From positions 1 through 33,783 of the forward strand of contig JBKPIZ010000028.1 of the NCBI GenBank assembly GCA_046730495.1: a stretch of 33,783 nt of DNA. The letters run 5' to 3'. This DNA is from Pseudomonadota bacterium. Lineage in GTDB: Bacteria > Pseudomonadota > Alphaproteobacteria > Rhizobiales > Xanthobacteraceae. Below, piece after piece: positions 1 through 8,188 of the stretch (position 1 is the first letter of the stretch; each line of letters begins with the position of its first letter). Both the position numbers and the translations under genes were made by a program. Under the pieces are notes generated by a model. The model worked only from the letters and a program-made list of their open reading frames with translations, searched no databases and was not told the DNA's origin.

Positions 1-1
1 T

Positions 2-583
2 ATGAAAGGCGTTCGCGGCAAGCCGAAACCCTATGGCGGCACCCGCCCGGTGATCATGAACGCTGGGGCATCTGCGACGGGGCAGGCGTTCGCGGTGAAG
101 AACTGCGACGCGTTTTTTCTACAGGCTTCACGCACCTCGCTCGAGGAAAGCGCGCAACGCGTTCGCCGCGCCAAAGAAGCTGCGCGCGCGCAGGGGCGCG
201 AAATTGGTTGTTACACGGTCGGCGTCGTCACCTGCCGACCGACCAAGAAGGAGGCCGAAGATTATTTTCATCATTGCATCATGGAGCGCGCCGACTGGTC
301 GGCCGTGGACGGCATCCTGGCGCTGAAAAATATTTCGCCGCAGACCGTGCCGATGCAGGAATATCTCACACAGCGCAGCCACTATGCGCAGGGCATGGGC
401 GGCTTGCCGATCGTCGGCGACCCGGATCACGTCGCGGCGCAGATCGCTGAACTGAGCAAAGCCGGTCTCACCGGCATTGCCATCTCGCTGGTCAATTACC
501 TGGACGAGCTGCCGTATTTCATTGACGAGGTGATCGGGCGGCTTGAGCGAATGGGACTGCGGAAAAAGGTGGGCTCCAGCTGA
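2..583 (+). CDS. LLM-class (luciferase-like) flavin-dependent oxidoreductase, C-terminal part; the 5' end lies outside the window
   Basis: The frame is open from the window edge to TGA at 581-583. The tail (...GGLPIVGDPDHVAAQIAELSKAGLTGIAISLVNYLDELPYF...) resembles the C-terminal segment of luciferase-like monooxygenases. Family recognised from memory, not searched. Confidence 0.6.
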   Translation: MKGVRGKPKPYGGTRPVIMNAGASATGQAFAVKNCDAFFLQASRTSLEESAQRVRRAKEAARAQGREIGCYTVGVVTCRPTKKEAEDYFHHCIMERADWSAVDGILALKNISPQTVPMQEYLTQRSHYAQGMGGLPIVGDPDHVAAQIAELSKAGLTGIAISLVNYLDELPYFIDEVIGRLERMGLRKKVGSS

Positions 584-590
584 CCGAGTA

Positions 591-899
591 CTACCGCCGG
601 CTCACGATCGGGGTGCCGCGCTTCTTATTGTAGCGGTGGATCGTCACCCGCTCCCAAACGCCGTTGACGTGATAGGGATCGCTGCAAGTAAAGGCATCGA
701 CCGCAGCGCGGTCCGCGGCGTCGATGACGAAAATGCTGCCGACCGGCGTCTCGCCGTCGTCGGCCACCAGCGTGCCCGCCGTGATCACGTCGACCGCATG
801 CGCCTCGGCGCGGTCGAGATGGATGCGATGGTCACGGTAGTGCTTGGCGCGGGTCGGCAGAATGTCTTTCTTGTCGAGCGCGTGGACGACGAACAGCAT
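591..899 (-). CDS. YciI family protein
   Basis: 102-aa ORF, convergent with the previous gene. Typical YciI layout: MLFVVH...AGTLVADDG...GSIFVIDAADRAAVDAF...DPYHVNGVWERVTIHRY. Confidence 0.7.
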   Translation of the reverse strand: MLFVVHALDKKDILPTRAKHYRDHRIHLDRAEAHAVDVITAGTLVADDGETPVGSIFVIDAADRAAVDAFTCSDPYHVNGVWERVTIHRYNKKRGTPIVSRR

Positions 900-978
900 G
901 TGCGTAAGTTTAGTCCGCGCCTCCAGAATGGGGGAGGGGCGTTTTATCCTTATTTCGCGCAGAACGAAACGCGGCGCG

Positions 979-2361
979 TTAATTACGTCGCCGGGAAATC
1001 ACGAAAGATTCGTCAAAGAACCACAGCCCGCCGCGCTCGCGAAGCACCGAGCGTGTGGCATCGATGTAGCGATTGCCAACATCCGCCAAGCGGTCGTCCT
1101 CAACTTGCGCCACATAGATCGCGGCGTTCCACGCTGCGAACAGCGTTGAAGTGCCGATCGAGTCGGAAATTTCCGACGGCAGCGTGTGCATCACGTAGCG
1201 AAACAGCGCGCGATTGTCGGCATAGGCATTGAAGTTGAGGTCGCGGCCGGCCGGACCCAATTCGTGCTTCACCGCTTTGAGGATCTGGTGCCGATCATGG
1301 ATGAACGGATGATCGTCGGGCCAGACCCTTTGGATGATCTCCATTCCTGGATCGTGACCATGGGAGTGAATGGCGACGAGTCGTCCGCCGGGTCCAAGTG
1401 CGCGAGCGAGCGGCGCGATCACGCGCTTGGCCTTGAATTCGAGCGGCGCGCGCGCCCGGTACGGTTGCGAAGCGATCACCATGTCGTAATTGGCCTGTGT
1501 GCCACCCGGCCGCGGAATGATCGGATCGAGGAGGAAGCGATGATCTTCGCGATAGAGCACGAGGACGACCGGGCGTTCGTAGATTGGATTGCCGGTGCGG
1601 GCGCTCACCGTCGCTTTCCAATTCTCACCCAAGAACGACTCAAGGCTGATGATCTGCTTCTCGAACTGGTGCGCCGAATTGCCGAGCAGCGGCAGCTCGT
1701 GCCAAACCAGGCTCGACGCCGCATTGATCGATTTGACCGCGAGCCACGGCGCGTCGGCATAAGCGAGATTGGTAAGCACCAGCACGGTCGCCGGATGTTC
1801 GAAGAACCGGTCTGACATCTTTTGCAGCGTGAGCCGGACGTCTTCGAGGCTGATCTCCTTGCCGACCATGTAGAACGGCATGTGCGGAAAACGGTCGTGC
1901 ATGGCGCGCATGACCCGCACCAGGACGGTGCCGTCGCCGACGCCGGCGTCGAACACCCGTACCGCCGGCGGCCGCGGATGGATGTGAGCGAGCTCTTCCG
2001 AGACGCGGTGCGCGACCTCCCATTTCTCGCTGCAGGTGTTGACGAACAGCAGGTATTTCTGGCGGTTGTCGAAGAAGCGGAAATTGCGTTGCGGGTCGAC
2101 GGCCTTGGTCGGCGCCGGCGGCGGCGAGGCGGCGCGGCTCTCCCGCGTGCGCTCGATGATCGCCGGCCGGTCGGTCTGCGCGGGGTGCGCCACCATGAAG
2201 CCGTGAATGCGGTCGAGCGTATCGGTAGTGATGCGGCCGCCGTTGCGCAGTCGCGCCGTCAGCTTGCCGTCGTTCACGGCACGCCGGCCGAACGTGGATT
2301 CCGCTAGCCCGGTGCGGCGGCAGTAATCAGAAATTTCCTGGAGCAGCTGCTGTGCGTTCAT
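979..2361 (-). CDS. Conserved hypothetical protein: N-terminal HTH-like ~60 aa, Pro/Ala linker, class-I SAM-methyltransferase-like domain
   Basis: 460-aa ORF with ATG at 2361. VRVFDAGVGDGTVL resembles methyltransferase motif I (D/ExGxGxG). It is followed by MVGKEISLED (acidic post-I residue) and later LGPGGRLVAIHSHG. The overlapping plus-strand ORFs are shadow frames. Confidence 0.5.
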   Translation of the reverse strand: MNAQQLLQEISDYCRRTGLAESTFGRRAVNDGKLTARLRNGGRITTDTLDRIHGFMVAHPAQTDRPAIIERTRESRAASPPPAPTKAVDPQRNFRFFDNRQKYLLFVNTCSEKWEVAHRVSEELAHIHPRPPAVRVFDAGVGDGTVLVRVMRAMHDRFPHMPFYMVGKEISLEDVRLTLQKMSDRFFEHPATVLVLTNLAYADAPWLAVKSINAASSLVWHELPLLGNSAHQFEKQIISLESFLGENWKATVSARTGNPIYERPVVLVLYREDHRFLLDPIIPRPGGTQANYDMVIASQPYRARAPLEFKAKRVIAPLARALGPGGRLVAIHSHGHDPGMEIIQRVWPDDHPFIHDRHQILKAVKHELGPAGRDLNFNAYADNRALFRYVMHTLPSEISDSIGTSTLFAAWNAAIYVAQVEDDRLADVGNRYIDATRSVLRERGGLWFFDESFVISRRRN

Positions 2362-2483
2362 TGCCCGTCACCGGCGGGAACGCCGGTCCTCGGAAGCCTC
2401 CTTAAGCCGCGTCTTGTCGTTGGCATTGTCATTGCCGCGGCAAGGGCGAAGCGAACCAAGTTGGTGGGCCGAGGTCAACCACA

Positions 2484-2520
2484 ATTCTGCCCACTCCGAT
2501 AGTGGGCAGAATAGTGGGCA
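2484..2520. repeat. Perfect 12-bp inverted repeat (ATTCTGCCCACT / AGTGGGCAGAAT, 5-nt spacer) followed directly by a third half-site copy, AGTGGGCA
   Basis: Read directly: arms at 2484-2495 and 2501-2512, extra AGTGGGCA at 2513-2520. It lies in the divergent intergenic region between the 979-2361 (-) and 2637-3377 (+) genes. Confidence 0.8.
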
Positions 2521-2636
2521 ACAACGGCCCGGAGGATTGGCGTGCGCAGCCTAGCGAGCCGACTGGTTCACTTGCGAATGCGGCGGCATAAGCGGAGGGC
2601 GGGGCGAGTAATCGCCATCGTAAACGGAGTTATCTC

Positions 2637-3377
2637 ATGCGCCTCGATGGCAAGATTGCGCTTGTGACTGGCGCCGGTTCGGGCATCGGCAAATGCATTG
2701 CCGAGACGTACGCGCGCGAGGGCGCCCGCGTCGCGCTTGCCGACATCGATGCCGATGCCGCCAAATCCGCCGCCCGCACGATCGGCAATAAGGCTATCGC
2801 ACTACGCTGCGACGTGAGCAAAAAAGCGGATATCGACGGCGTGATTGAGGAGACGCTGGCGGCGTTCGGCGTCCTCGATATCCTCGTCAACAACGCCGGA
2901 GCGACGCACGTCAGCAAGCCGGTGCTGGAGATCAGCGAGGCGGAATACGACCGAATTTTTGCCGTCAATGTGAAGGGGATATTTCTCGCTTGTCAGGCGG
3001 TTATTCCGGCGTTCCGGAAGCAGGGCGGGGGCGTCATCGTCAATATCGGATCGACCGCCGGATTACGTCCGCGCCCCGGGCTCTCAGCCTATAACGCCAC
3101 CAAAGGTGCCGTCCACGTTTTGACCAAGTCGCTCGCCGTCGAGCTCGCGCCTGACGGCCGCGTCTGCGTTATCGCTCCGGTCTCCACCGAAACGCCACTG
3201 CTGCCGTCCTTTCTCGGTCCGGCCCCGGGCATGCGGGAGAAATTCGTGGCCACCATTCCCATGGGCCGCCTTGCCTTGCCGCAGGACATCGCCGACGCGG
3301 CTTTATTCCTGGCCTCGGCCGAGGCCAAATTCCTCACCGGCAATATCATGGAGGTCGATGGCGGCCGCGGCGTATAG
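2637..3377 (+). CDS. Short-chain dehydrogenase/reductase (classical SDR, 3-oxoacyl-ACP reductase / glucose dehydrogenase-like)
   Basis: 246 aa. Motifs present: TGAGSGIG cofactor motif, NNAG, and the catalytic S...YNATK (YxxxK). Confidence 0.85.
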   Translation: MRLDGKIALVTGAGSGIGKCIAETYAREGARVALADIDADAAKSAARTIGNKAIALRCDVSKKADIDGVIEETLAAFGVLDILVNNAGATHVSKPVLEISEAEYDRIFAVNVKGIFLACQAVIPAFRKQGGGVIVNIGSTAGLRPRPGLSAYNATKGAVHVLTKSLAVELAPDGRVCVIAPVSTETPLLPSFLGPAPGMREKFVATIPMGRLALPQDIADAALFLASAEAKFLTGNIMEVDGGRGV

Positions 3378-3440
3378 GGCCGGCATTCCTGCTTGCCCGG
3401 TCTTGGTGTATCGTTCGGCGGGCAGGACGGTGTGGACGGC

Positions 3441-4016
3441 ATGTGGGGTCGTAAACCGAAGGACGCCGCGGCGGTAGACGCACAATCGCCTTCGCAGTTG
3501 AAGGAGGCGATCCATCAAGCGCGCGTCGAGGCTGCCGAACGCACCAATGTCATCATCGATCTGCGCGATGCCGAATTGGCGCGGCTCGAGCTTCTCAATG
3601 AAGCGCTCAATCCGCTGTTCGCGGAAGTCCCGCCGGAAGTCGATCTGTTCGATCGCGGCATCAGCCGCGGCGAGACGCCACGGTTATGGATCGACGCGCT
3701 TGCCCATGTCGCAATGGGTCGCGACAAGCGGCTTTATCGTTTTTTGCACGACAGCCGAATGGGGCGCCGCGTGCTGGCGGAATCTTACGAAATCCCCGAT
3801 GTCGTGCAGGCGGTTACAACCTATGTCGCACGCCGGCTGGTCGAGCGGCAACGGGCGCTTGAGGCTGATCCGGATCTGCTGGCGCGCATGTCAAACAAGA
3901 TGGCGCGGTATTACCGCTGGCGCCGGCGCCGGCGAACGCTGGCAGTCTTGGCGATTGGATTTCTCGCTGGCGTGGCGACGCTGTTCGTACTCGCAGCCGT
4001 ATTGTCGCCCGGCTGA
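3441..4016 (+). CDS. Hypothetical tail-anchored membrane protein (coiled-coil N-terminal part, single C-terminal TM helix)
   Basis: The ORF is open from 3393. I prefer ATG 3441 (MWGRKPKD...) because 3393 lies only 16 nt after the SDR stop. An Arg-rich stretch (YYRWRRRRR) precedes the hydrophobic LAVLAIGFLAGVATLFVLAAVL. No family recognised. Confidence 0.5.
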   Translation: MWGRKPKDAAAVDAQSPSQLKEAIHQARVEAAERTNVIIDLRDAELARLELLNEALNPLFAEVPPEVDLFDRGISRGETPRLWIDALAHVAMGRDKRLYRFLHDSRMGRRVLAESYEIPDVVQAVTTYVARRLVERQRALEADPDLLARMSNKMARYYRWRRRRRTLAVLAIGFLAGVATLFVLAAVLSPG

Positions 4017-4028
4017 TCGTTCCGCTTC

Positions 4029-4904
4029 TCAATAGATTCGGAAACGGGCGCATTCGCCTATCGCGCCGTCACCGCTGCGCTGGTACGAAATTATCTCGCA
4101 CCGCCAGTTGCCGGACGAGCCCTCGATCCGAAATATGTTATAACCGGCCGGATCTTCGTTTGCATATTTTGCCTGCGCCGAAGCCGAGGCTACGCCAACG
4201 GCTGGAATTTTTTTGTTGCCGGCGCCCTCGAGCCAGACGAGCGACCGCCGGTGATCGTGGCCGTGAAGCAAAAGCTCTGCACCTTTTGCCGCCAGCACCC
4301 GGCGTAAATCCGCGCCGTCGATGAGACGCCGGAAAAACCGCCGCGCCGGACTGAGCGGCGGATGATGGATCAGGACGATACGGAAACTTCCGCGCGTTTC
4401 TTCGAGCGCTTCGGCGAGCCGAGCGAGCTGTCTTTCGCCAAGCCGACCGGTTGCCATGAATGGACCGGTGGGCACGCCGGTCGAAAGCGCAATCAACGCC
4501 GCATCGGCGCGGCGGCGAACAAACGGAAAGCGCTCGAGCCCGTCATCGCCGCGCATGTAATCGCCCCAAAATTTTCCCGGCAATTCCTCCGCATCGCGAA
4601 CATAAGCGTCGTGATTGCCGGGAATCACGGTGACGTCGGTGGGTCGCCCCAGCGACTCGAGCCATCGCTTCGCCCAGGCATATTCGCCGGGCAGCGAAAA
4701 ATTGGTGAGATCGCCGGTGACGGCGATGTGTTCAGCCGATCGCGCCACTAAATCGCGCGTGATCGCCGTCAACACGTCGGGGCGGTGGATGTATTTGCGC
4801 TTGCGCTGCCAGTTGATGTAGCCCAGCCCGCGCTTGCTCGCGAGCTCGGATGGCTTCGGCGTCAGCGCCAGATGCAGATCCGATAGATGCGCAAGTGTGA
4901 ACAT
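4029..4904 (-). CDS. Metallophosphoesterase (calcineurin-like phosphoesterase)
   Basis: Motifs LSDLHL, VTGDLTN, GNHD, IHHPP and GHDHR. Start trimmed to ATG 4904 (MFTLAHLSDLHL). The 84-codon extension in the ORF track is Ser/Arg-rich and overlaps the 3' end of mbfA. Confidence 0.8.
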   Translation of the reverse strand: MFTLAHLSDLHLALTPKPSELASKRGLGYINWQRKRKYIHRPDVLTAITRDLVARSAEHIAVTGDLTNFSLPGEYAWAKRWLESLGRPTDVTVIPGNHDAYVRDAEELPGKFWGDYMRGDDGLERFPFVRRRADAALIALSTGVPTGPFMATGRLGERQLARLAEALEETRGSFRIVLIHHPPLSPARRFFRRLIDGADLRRVLAAKGAELLLHGHDHRRSLVWLEGAGNKKIPAVGVASASAQAKYANEDPAGYNIFRIEGSSGNWRCEIISYQRSGDGAIGECARFRIY

Positions 4905-4962
4905 CGGGGGCGCCCTCAGCGGCGATGATCGGCGCCCGCGATCGCCGACGGGGGATAATAAA

Positions 4963-5916
4963 TCACGAGCTGCCGATGAGGATACCGACCGCGAATACCA
5001 GCACGCCTCCCACGACGACCTGGAACACCGCCTGTAGGAAGGGCGTGTCCATGTAGTGCGTCCTGATCCAGGCGATGACAGCGAGCTCAATTGCGACGAC
5101 TGCGCAAGCGACTGACGTCGCGACGTAGAAATGCGGAATGAGGTAAGGCAACGCATGGCCGAGACCGCCGATCGCCGTCATTGCCCCGGTCACTCCGCCC
5201 CGGACCACCGGCGCACCGCGCCCGGTGAGCGAGCCGTCGTCGGACAATGCTTCGGCAAAAGCCATCGAGATGCCGGCGCCGAGTGCGGCGGCAAGTCCGA
5301 CCAGGAATGTTGACCAAGTGTTGCGAGTAGCGAAGGCGGCAGCGAATAAAGGCGCCAGCGTCGAAACCGATCCATCCATTAACCCGGCGAGCCCGGGCTG
5401 GACGTATTGCAACACGAACATTCGCCGTGCGGTGCTGTCTTCGGCTTCGCGCGCCCTTGGGGTGATCTTTTCGCCAAGCTCATGCGCAAGCGATTCGTGT
5501 TTGTCTTCGGCGGCGGCGAGTTGGCGCAGCAGATGCCGGACGGAATCGTCGCGCGCAGTTTCGGCGGCGCGCCGGTAGAACCGCGCGGTCTCGTATTCCA
5601 TCTCCTCGGCGAATTTACGGGTTGCGTCGATGCTCAGCGTCCGGTTCAGCCAAATCGGCTGCCGCGCTACAAATCCCTTGACGTCTTGGCGACGGATCAG
5701 AGGCAGGAAGTCGCCGAACTTCTTCCGATGCAGGTCGAGCAGCATGTCGCGATGATTCATCTCCTCGAGCGCCATTTTGTCGTACATTTCCGCAGTCTCG
5801 GGATAAGCATTGCGTAGCCGGTCGGCGAATGATCGGTAAATCCGGTTGTCCTCGTCCTCGTTGGAAATGGCGAGCGCAAGGATTTCCTGCTGATTGAGAT
5901 CGGCGAACCGTTTCAA
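4963..5916 (-). CDS. mbfA: Membrane-bound ferritin-like / VIT1(CCC1)-family iron exporter
   Basis: 317 aa. The N-terminal erythrin/ferritin-like domain has two ExxH motifs (EEMNH, EDKH). The C-terminal hydrophobic VIT1-like domain includes LMDGSVSTLAPLFAAAF...ISMAFAEALS. The start codon at 5914-5916 reads TTG on the minus strand. An ICE box lies 50 nt upstream. Confidence 0.8.
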   Translation of the reverse strand: MKRFADLNQQEILALAISNEDEDNRIYRSFADRLRNAYPETAEMYDKMALEEMNHRDMLLDLHRKKFGDFLPLIRRQDVKGFVARQPIWLNRTLSIDATRKFAEEMEYETARFYRRAAETARDDSVRHLLRQLAAAEDKHESLAHELGEKITPRAREAEDSTARRMFVLQYVQPGLAGLMDGSVSTLAPLFAAAFATRNTWSTFLVGLAAALGAGISMAFAEALSDDGSLTGRGAPVVRGGVTGAMTAIGGLGHALPYLIPHFYVATSVACAVVAIELAVIAWIRTHYMDTPFLQAVFQVVVGGVLVFAVGILIGSS

Positions 5917-5965
5917 GGAATTTCCCCATGGGGCTAATGTGTTTTGGGCGATGAAGACGGGCTAT

Positions 5966-5982
5966 TTTAGAGCCATTCTAAT
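5966..5982. promoter_or_regulatory. Irr iron control element (ICE)-like operator, TTTAGAG-CCA-TTCTAAT
   Basis: Read directly. It matches the published ICE consensus TTTAGAA-N3-TTCTAAA at 12 of 14 defined positions. It lies in the divergent region between mbfA (start 5916) and the NUDIX gene (start 6019). Confidence 0.6.
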
Positions 5983-6018
5983 TGGTGAAGCCAGCCCGGA
6001 TCGCAAGCGGATCGCAGG

Positions 6019-6501
6019 ATGCCATTGAGCACTGTTCATCGCCGCTTGGAGCCGCTTATTCGCGCGCTTTTCCACGTTTATTGGCGGCTTTCGCGAGGTC
6101 TCACGATCGGTGTCCGGGGCCTCGTTTTGGACGGCGAAGGGCGCGTGTTCCTGGTCAAACACTCCTATGTCGCCGGGTGGCATCTGCCGGGCGGCGGGGT
6201 GGAGAAGGGAGAGACGCTGCTCGCAGCGCTTGCGCGCGAGTTGCGCGAGGAAGGCAATATCGAATTGAACGACACGCCGGTGCTCCATGCAATTTATTTC
6301 AACCGGCGGATCTCATCGCGCGACCATGTTGCGCTTTACGTGGTGCGGTCGTTCCAGCAGACGGCGCCGCCTAAACCAAACCACGAAATCATAGCGCACG
6401 GCTTTTTCGCGATGCAGGACTTGCCCGCTGACACGTCACCCGCGACGCGGGAGCGTATTGCCGAGGTCGTCACCGGCCGCACCGTTTCAGAAACCTGGTG
6501 A
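6019..6501 (+). CDS. NUDIX hydrolase
   Basis: 160 aa with a Nudix box, GGGVEKGETLLAALARELREEGNI (GX5EX7REUXEEXGU). Confidence 0.85.
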   Translation: MPLSTVHRRLEPLIRALFHVYWRLSRGLTIGVRGLVLDGEGRVFLVKHSYVAGWHLPGGGVEKGETLLAALARELREEGNIELNDTPVLHAIYFNRRISSRDHVALYVVRSFQQTAPPKPNHEIIAHGFFAMQDLPADTSPATRERIAEVVTGRTVSETW

Positions 6502-6540
6502 TCACGCCAACGGTTAGCGTTGTCGTTTGCCCTTTTCGTC

Positions 6541-7512
6541 TCACCCGAAACGCTTACGGTCGTGCGGAGCGGTAAAGTCGATTGTTGGCCCGATCGGCAC
6601 AATGCCAGTCGGATTCACCTGGCGCTGGCTGCCGTAGTAATGGCGCTTGATATGATCGATGCTCACGGTCTCGGCGATGCCGGGCATCTGGTAGAGATCG
6701 CGCGTGTAATTCCACAGATTGGCATAGTCCGCGATGCGTCGCAGATTGCACTTGAAGTGGCTATAGTACACCGTGTCGAACCGAACCAGCGTGGTGAACA
6801 GCCGCCAGTCCGCCTCGGTGATTTGGCCCACCAAATAGCGCTGCTGCGATAGTCGCTTCTCGAGCTGGTCGAGAGTCTCGAAAATGCCGTAGGCGGCTTC
6901 TTCGTAAGCGTCCTGGGTTGTGGCGAAACCAGCGCGATAAACTCCATTGTTGATGTTTGGATAAATGAGCTCGTTCACGGCATCGATCTCGTGCCGCAAC
7001 GCGACCGGATAATAGTCGGCCCGCACGTCAGTGAGGGCGTCAAACGCCGAGTTGAGCATGCGGATGATCTCGGACGATTCATTATTGACGATCGTTCGCT
7101 GCTTTTTGTCCCACAGCACCGGGACCGAAACTCGGCCGGTATAGTGCGGGTCAGCCAACAAGTAGATTTCGGCGAGCGTTGCCTTGCCGTTTTCCGTGTC
7201 CTTGGTGGCGCCGCGCGCAGAGCCGAATTCCCACCCAGTCTTGCCGTAGAGCGGTTCGGTGATTGAGACCGAAATGACCGGTTCGAGCTTCTTTAAGGCG
7301 CGCAAGATCAGCGTGCGGTGGGCCCATGGGCAGGCGAGCGAGACGTAAAGGTGATAGCGTCCCGGTTCGGCGGCAAAGTTGCCTTCGCCCGATGGCCCAA
7401 GACTACCGTCCCGCGTAACGAAATTGCGAAAAACCGATGCTGGCCTGATAAAACGGCCTTCTTTGGTGCGGGAAATGTCTTCTTGCCAGGCGCCATTGAC
7501 GAGCAAGCCCAT
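6541..7512 (-). CDS. yqjG: Glutathionyl-hydroquinone reductase (Xi-class glutathione S-transferase, YqjG-like)
   Basis: The CPWAHRT active-site motif is present, and length and layout are typical of Xi-class GSTs. Start trimmed to ATG 7512 (MGLLVNGAW...), which is preceded by GGAGGA at the correct spacing. The 30-codon extension in the track lacks a ribosome-binding site. Confidence 0.8.
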   Translation of the reverse strand: MGLLVNGAWQEDISRTKEGRFIRPASVFRNFVTRDGSLGPSGEGNFAAEPGRYHLYVSLACPWAHRTLILRALKKLEPVISVSITEPLYGKTGWEFGSARGATKDTENGKATLAEIYLLADPHYTGRVSVPVLWDKKQRTIVNNESSEIIRMLNSAFDALTDVRADYYPVALRHEIDAVNELIYPNINNGVYRAGFATTQDAYEEAAYGIFETLDQLEKRLSQQRYLVGQITEADWRLFTTLVRFDTVYYSHFKCNLRRIADYANLWNYTRDLYQMPGIAETVSIDHIKRHYYGSQRQVNPTGIVPIGPTIDFTAPHDRKRFG

Positions 7513-7608
7513 CGGTCTTCCTCCAATTCTTAAGCATCCAATGTAATGATTGTCGACGGCCGCGATAGTGCACCGCGCCTTGTCATAACTGGACGTTAGC
7601 AAAGCGGG

Positions 7609-8124
7609 ATGCTAGGCGGCGGCGGGATGAATGACATTTCCGTGAGCATACAGCCCGAGGCTGCGGACGATGCGGTCGCGATCGAGCGCCTGCACGAACG
7701 CACGTTTGGCCCAGGACGTTACGCCAAAACGGCATACCGGTTGCGCGAACAGGTTGAGCACATTCGCGAGCTGTCGTTTACGGCCCGCATTGGGACGTTA
7801 CTGGTCGGCTCGGTCTGGCTTTCGCCCATTCGCATCGGTGAGGCCAAGGCGCTGTTGCTTGGACCGGTAACCGTTGAGCCGGCATTTCGGGATCGCGGCG
7901 TGGGACAAGCCTTGATCGAACGCGCGCTCAAGGAATCGAAGGACAAGGGCCATCGCCTCGTCATCCTGGTCGGCGATGAGGCGTATTACGAGAAATGCGG
8001 CTTCAAGCGCATCCCGCGTGGGCGCGCGATCATGCCTGGTCCGGTCGATCCAGCGCGGCTGTTGCTTGCGGAATTAGCGGAAGGTGCCTTTGAAGGCGTA
8101 TCCGGCCCGATACGCCCGGATTAA
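7609..8124 (+). CDS. GNAT family N-acetyltransferase
   Basis: The acetyl-CoA binding motif VEPAFRDRGVGQALIERAL (R/QxxGxG/A) is present. The start is ambiguous between ATG 7609 and ATG 7627. Confidence 0.75.
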   Translation: MLGGGGMNDISVSIQPEAADDAVAIERLHERTFGPGRYAKTAYRLREQVEHIRELSFTARIGTLLVGSVWLSPIRIGEAKALLLGPVTVEPAFRDRGVGQALIERALKESKDKGHRLVILVGDEAYYEKCGFKRIPRGRAIMPGPVDPARLLLAELAEGAFEGVSGPIRPD

Positions 8125-8188
8125 ACCGCCAAACCATGATTCCCGAAAAAGTGGACACGGGTTTCCCGCCTGCGCGAATCATTTCGCT

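Noticed and set aside
543-1232. 229-aa plus-strand ORF spanning the YciI gene and the 3' end of the next gene
   Set aside because: It is antisense to two well-supported genes and crosses an intergenic region. Its composition is not protein-like.
4905-5156. 84-codon N-terminal extension of the metallophosphoesterase ORF
   Set aside because: It overlaps the 3' end of mbfA, is Ser/Arg-rich with no protein-like features, and the conserved first motif (LSDLHL) begins right after the internal ATG at 4904.
7513-7602. 30-codon extension of the YqjG-like ORF
   Set aside because: The internal ATG 7512 has a strong GGAGGA ribosome-binding site and gives an N-terminus typical of the family. The extension has neither.
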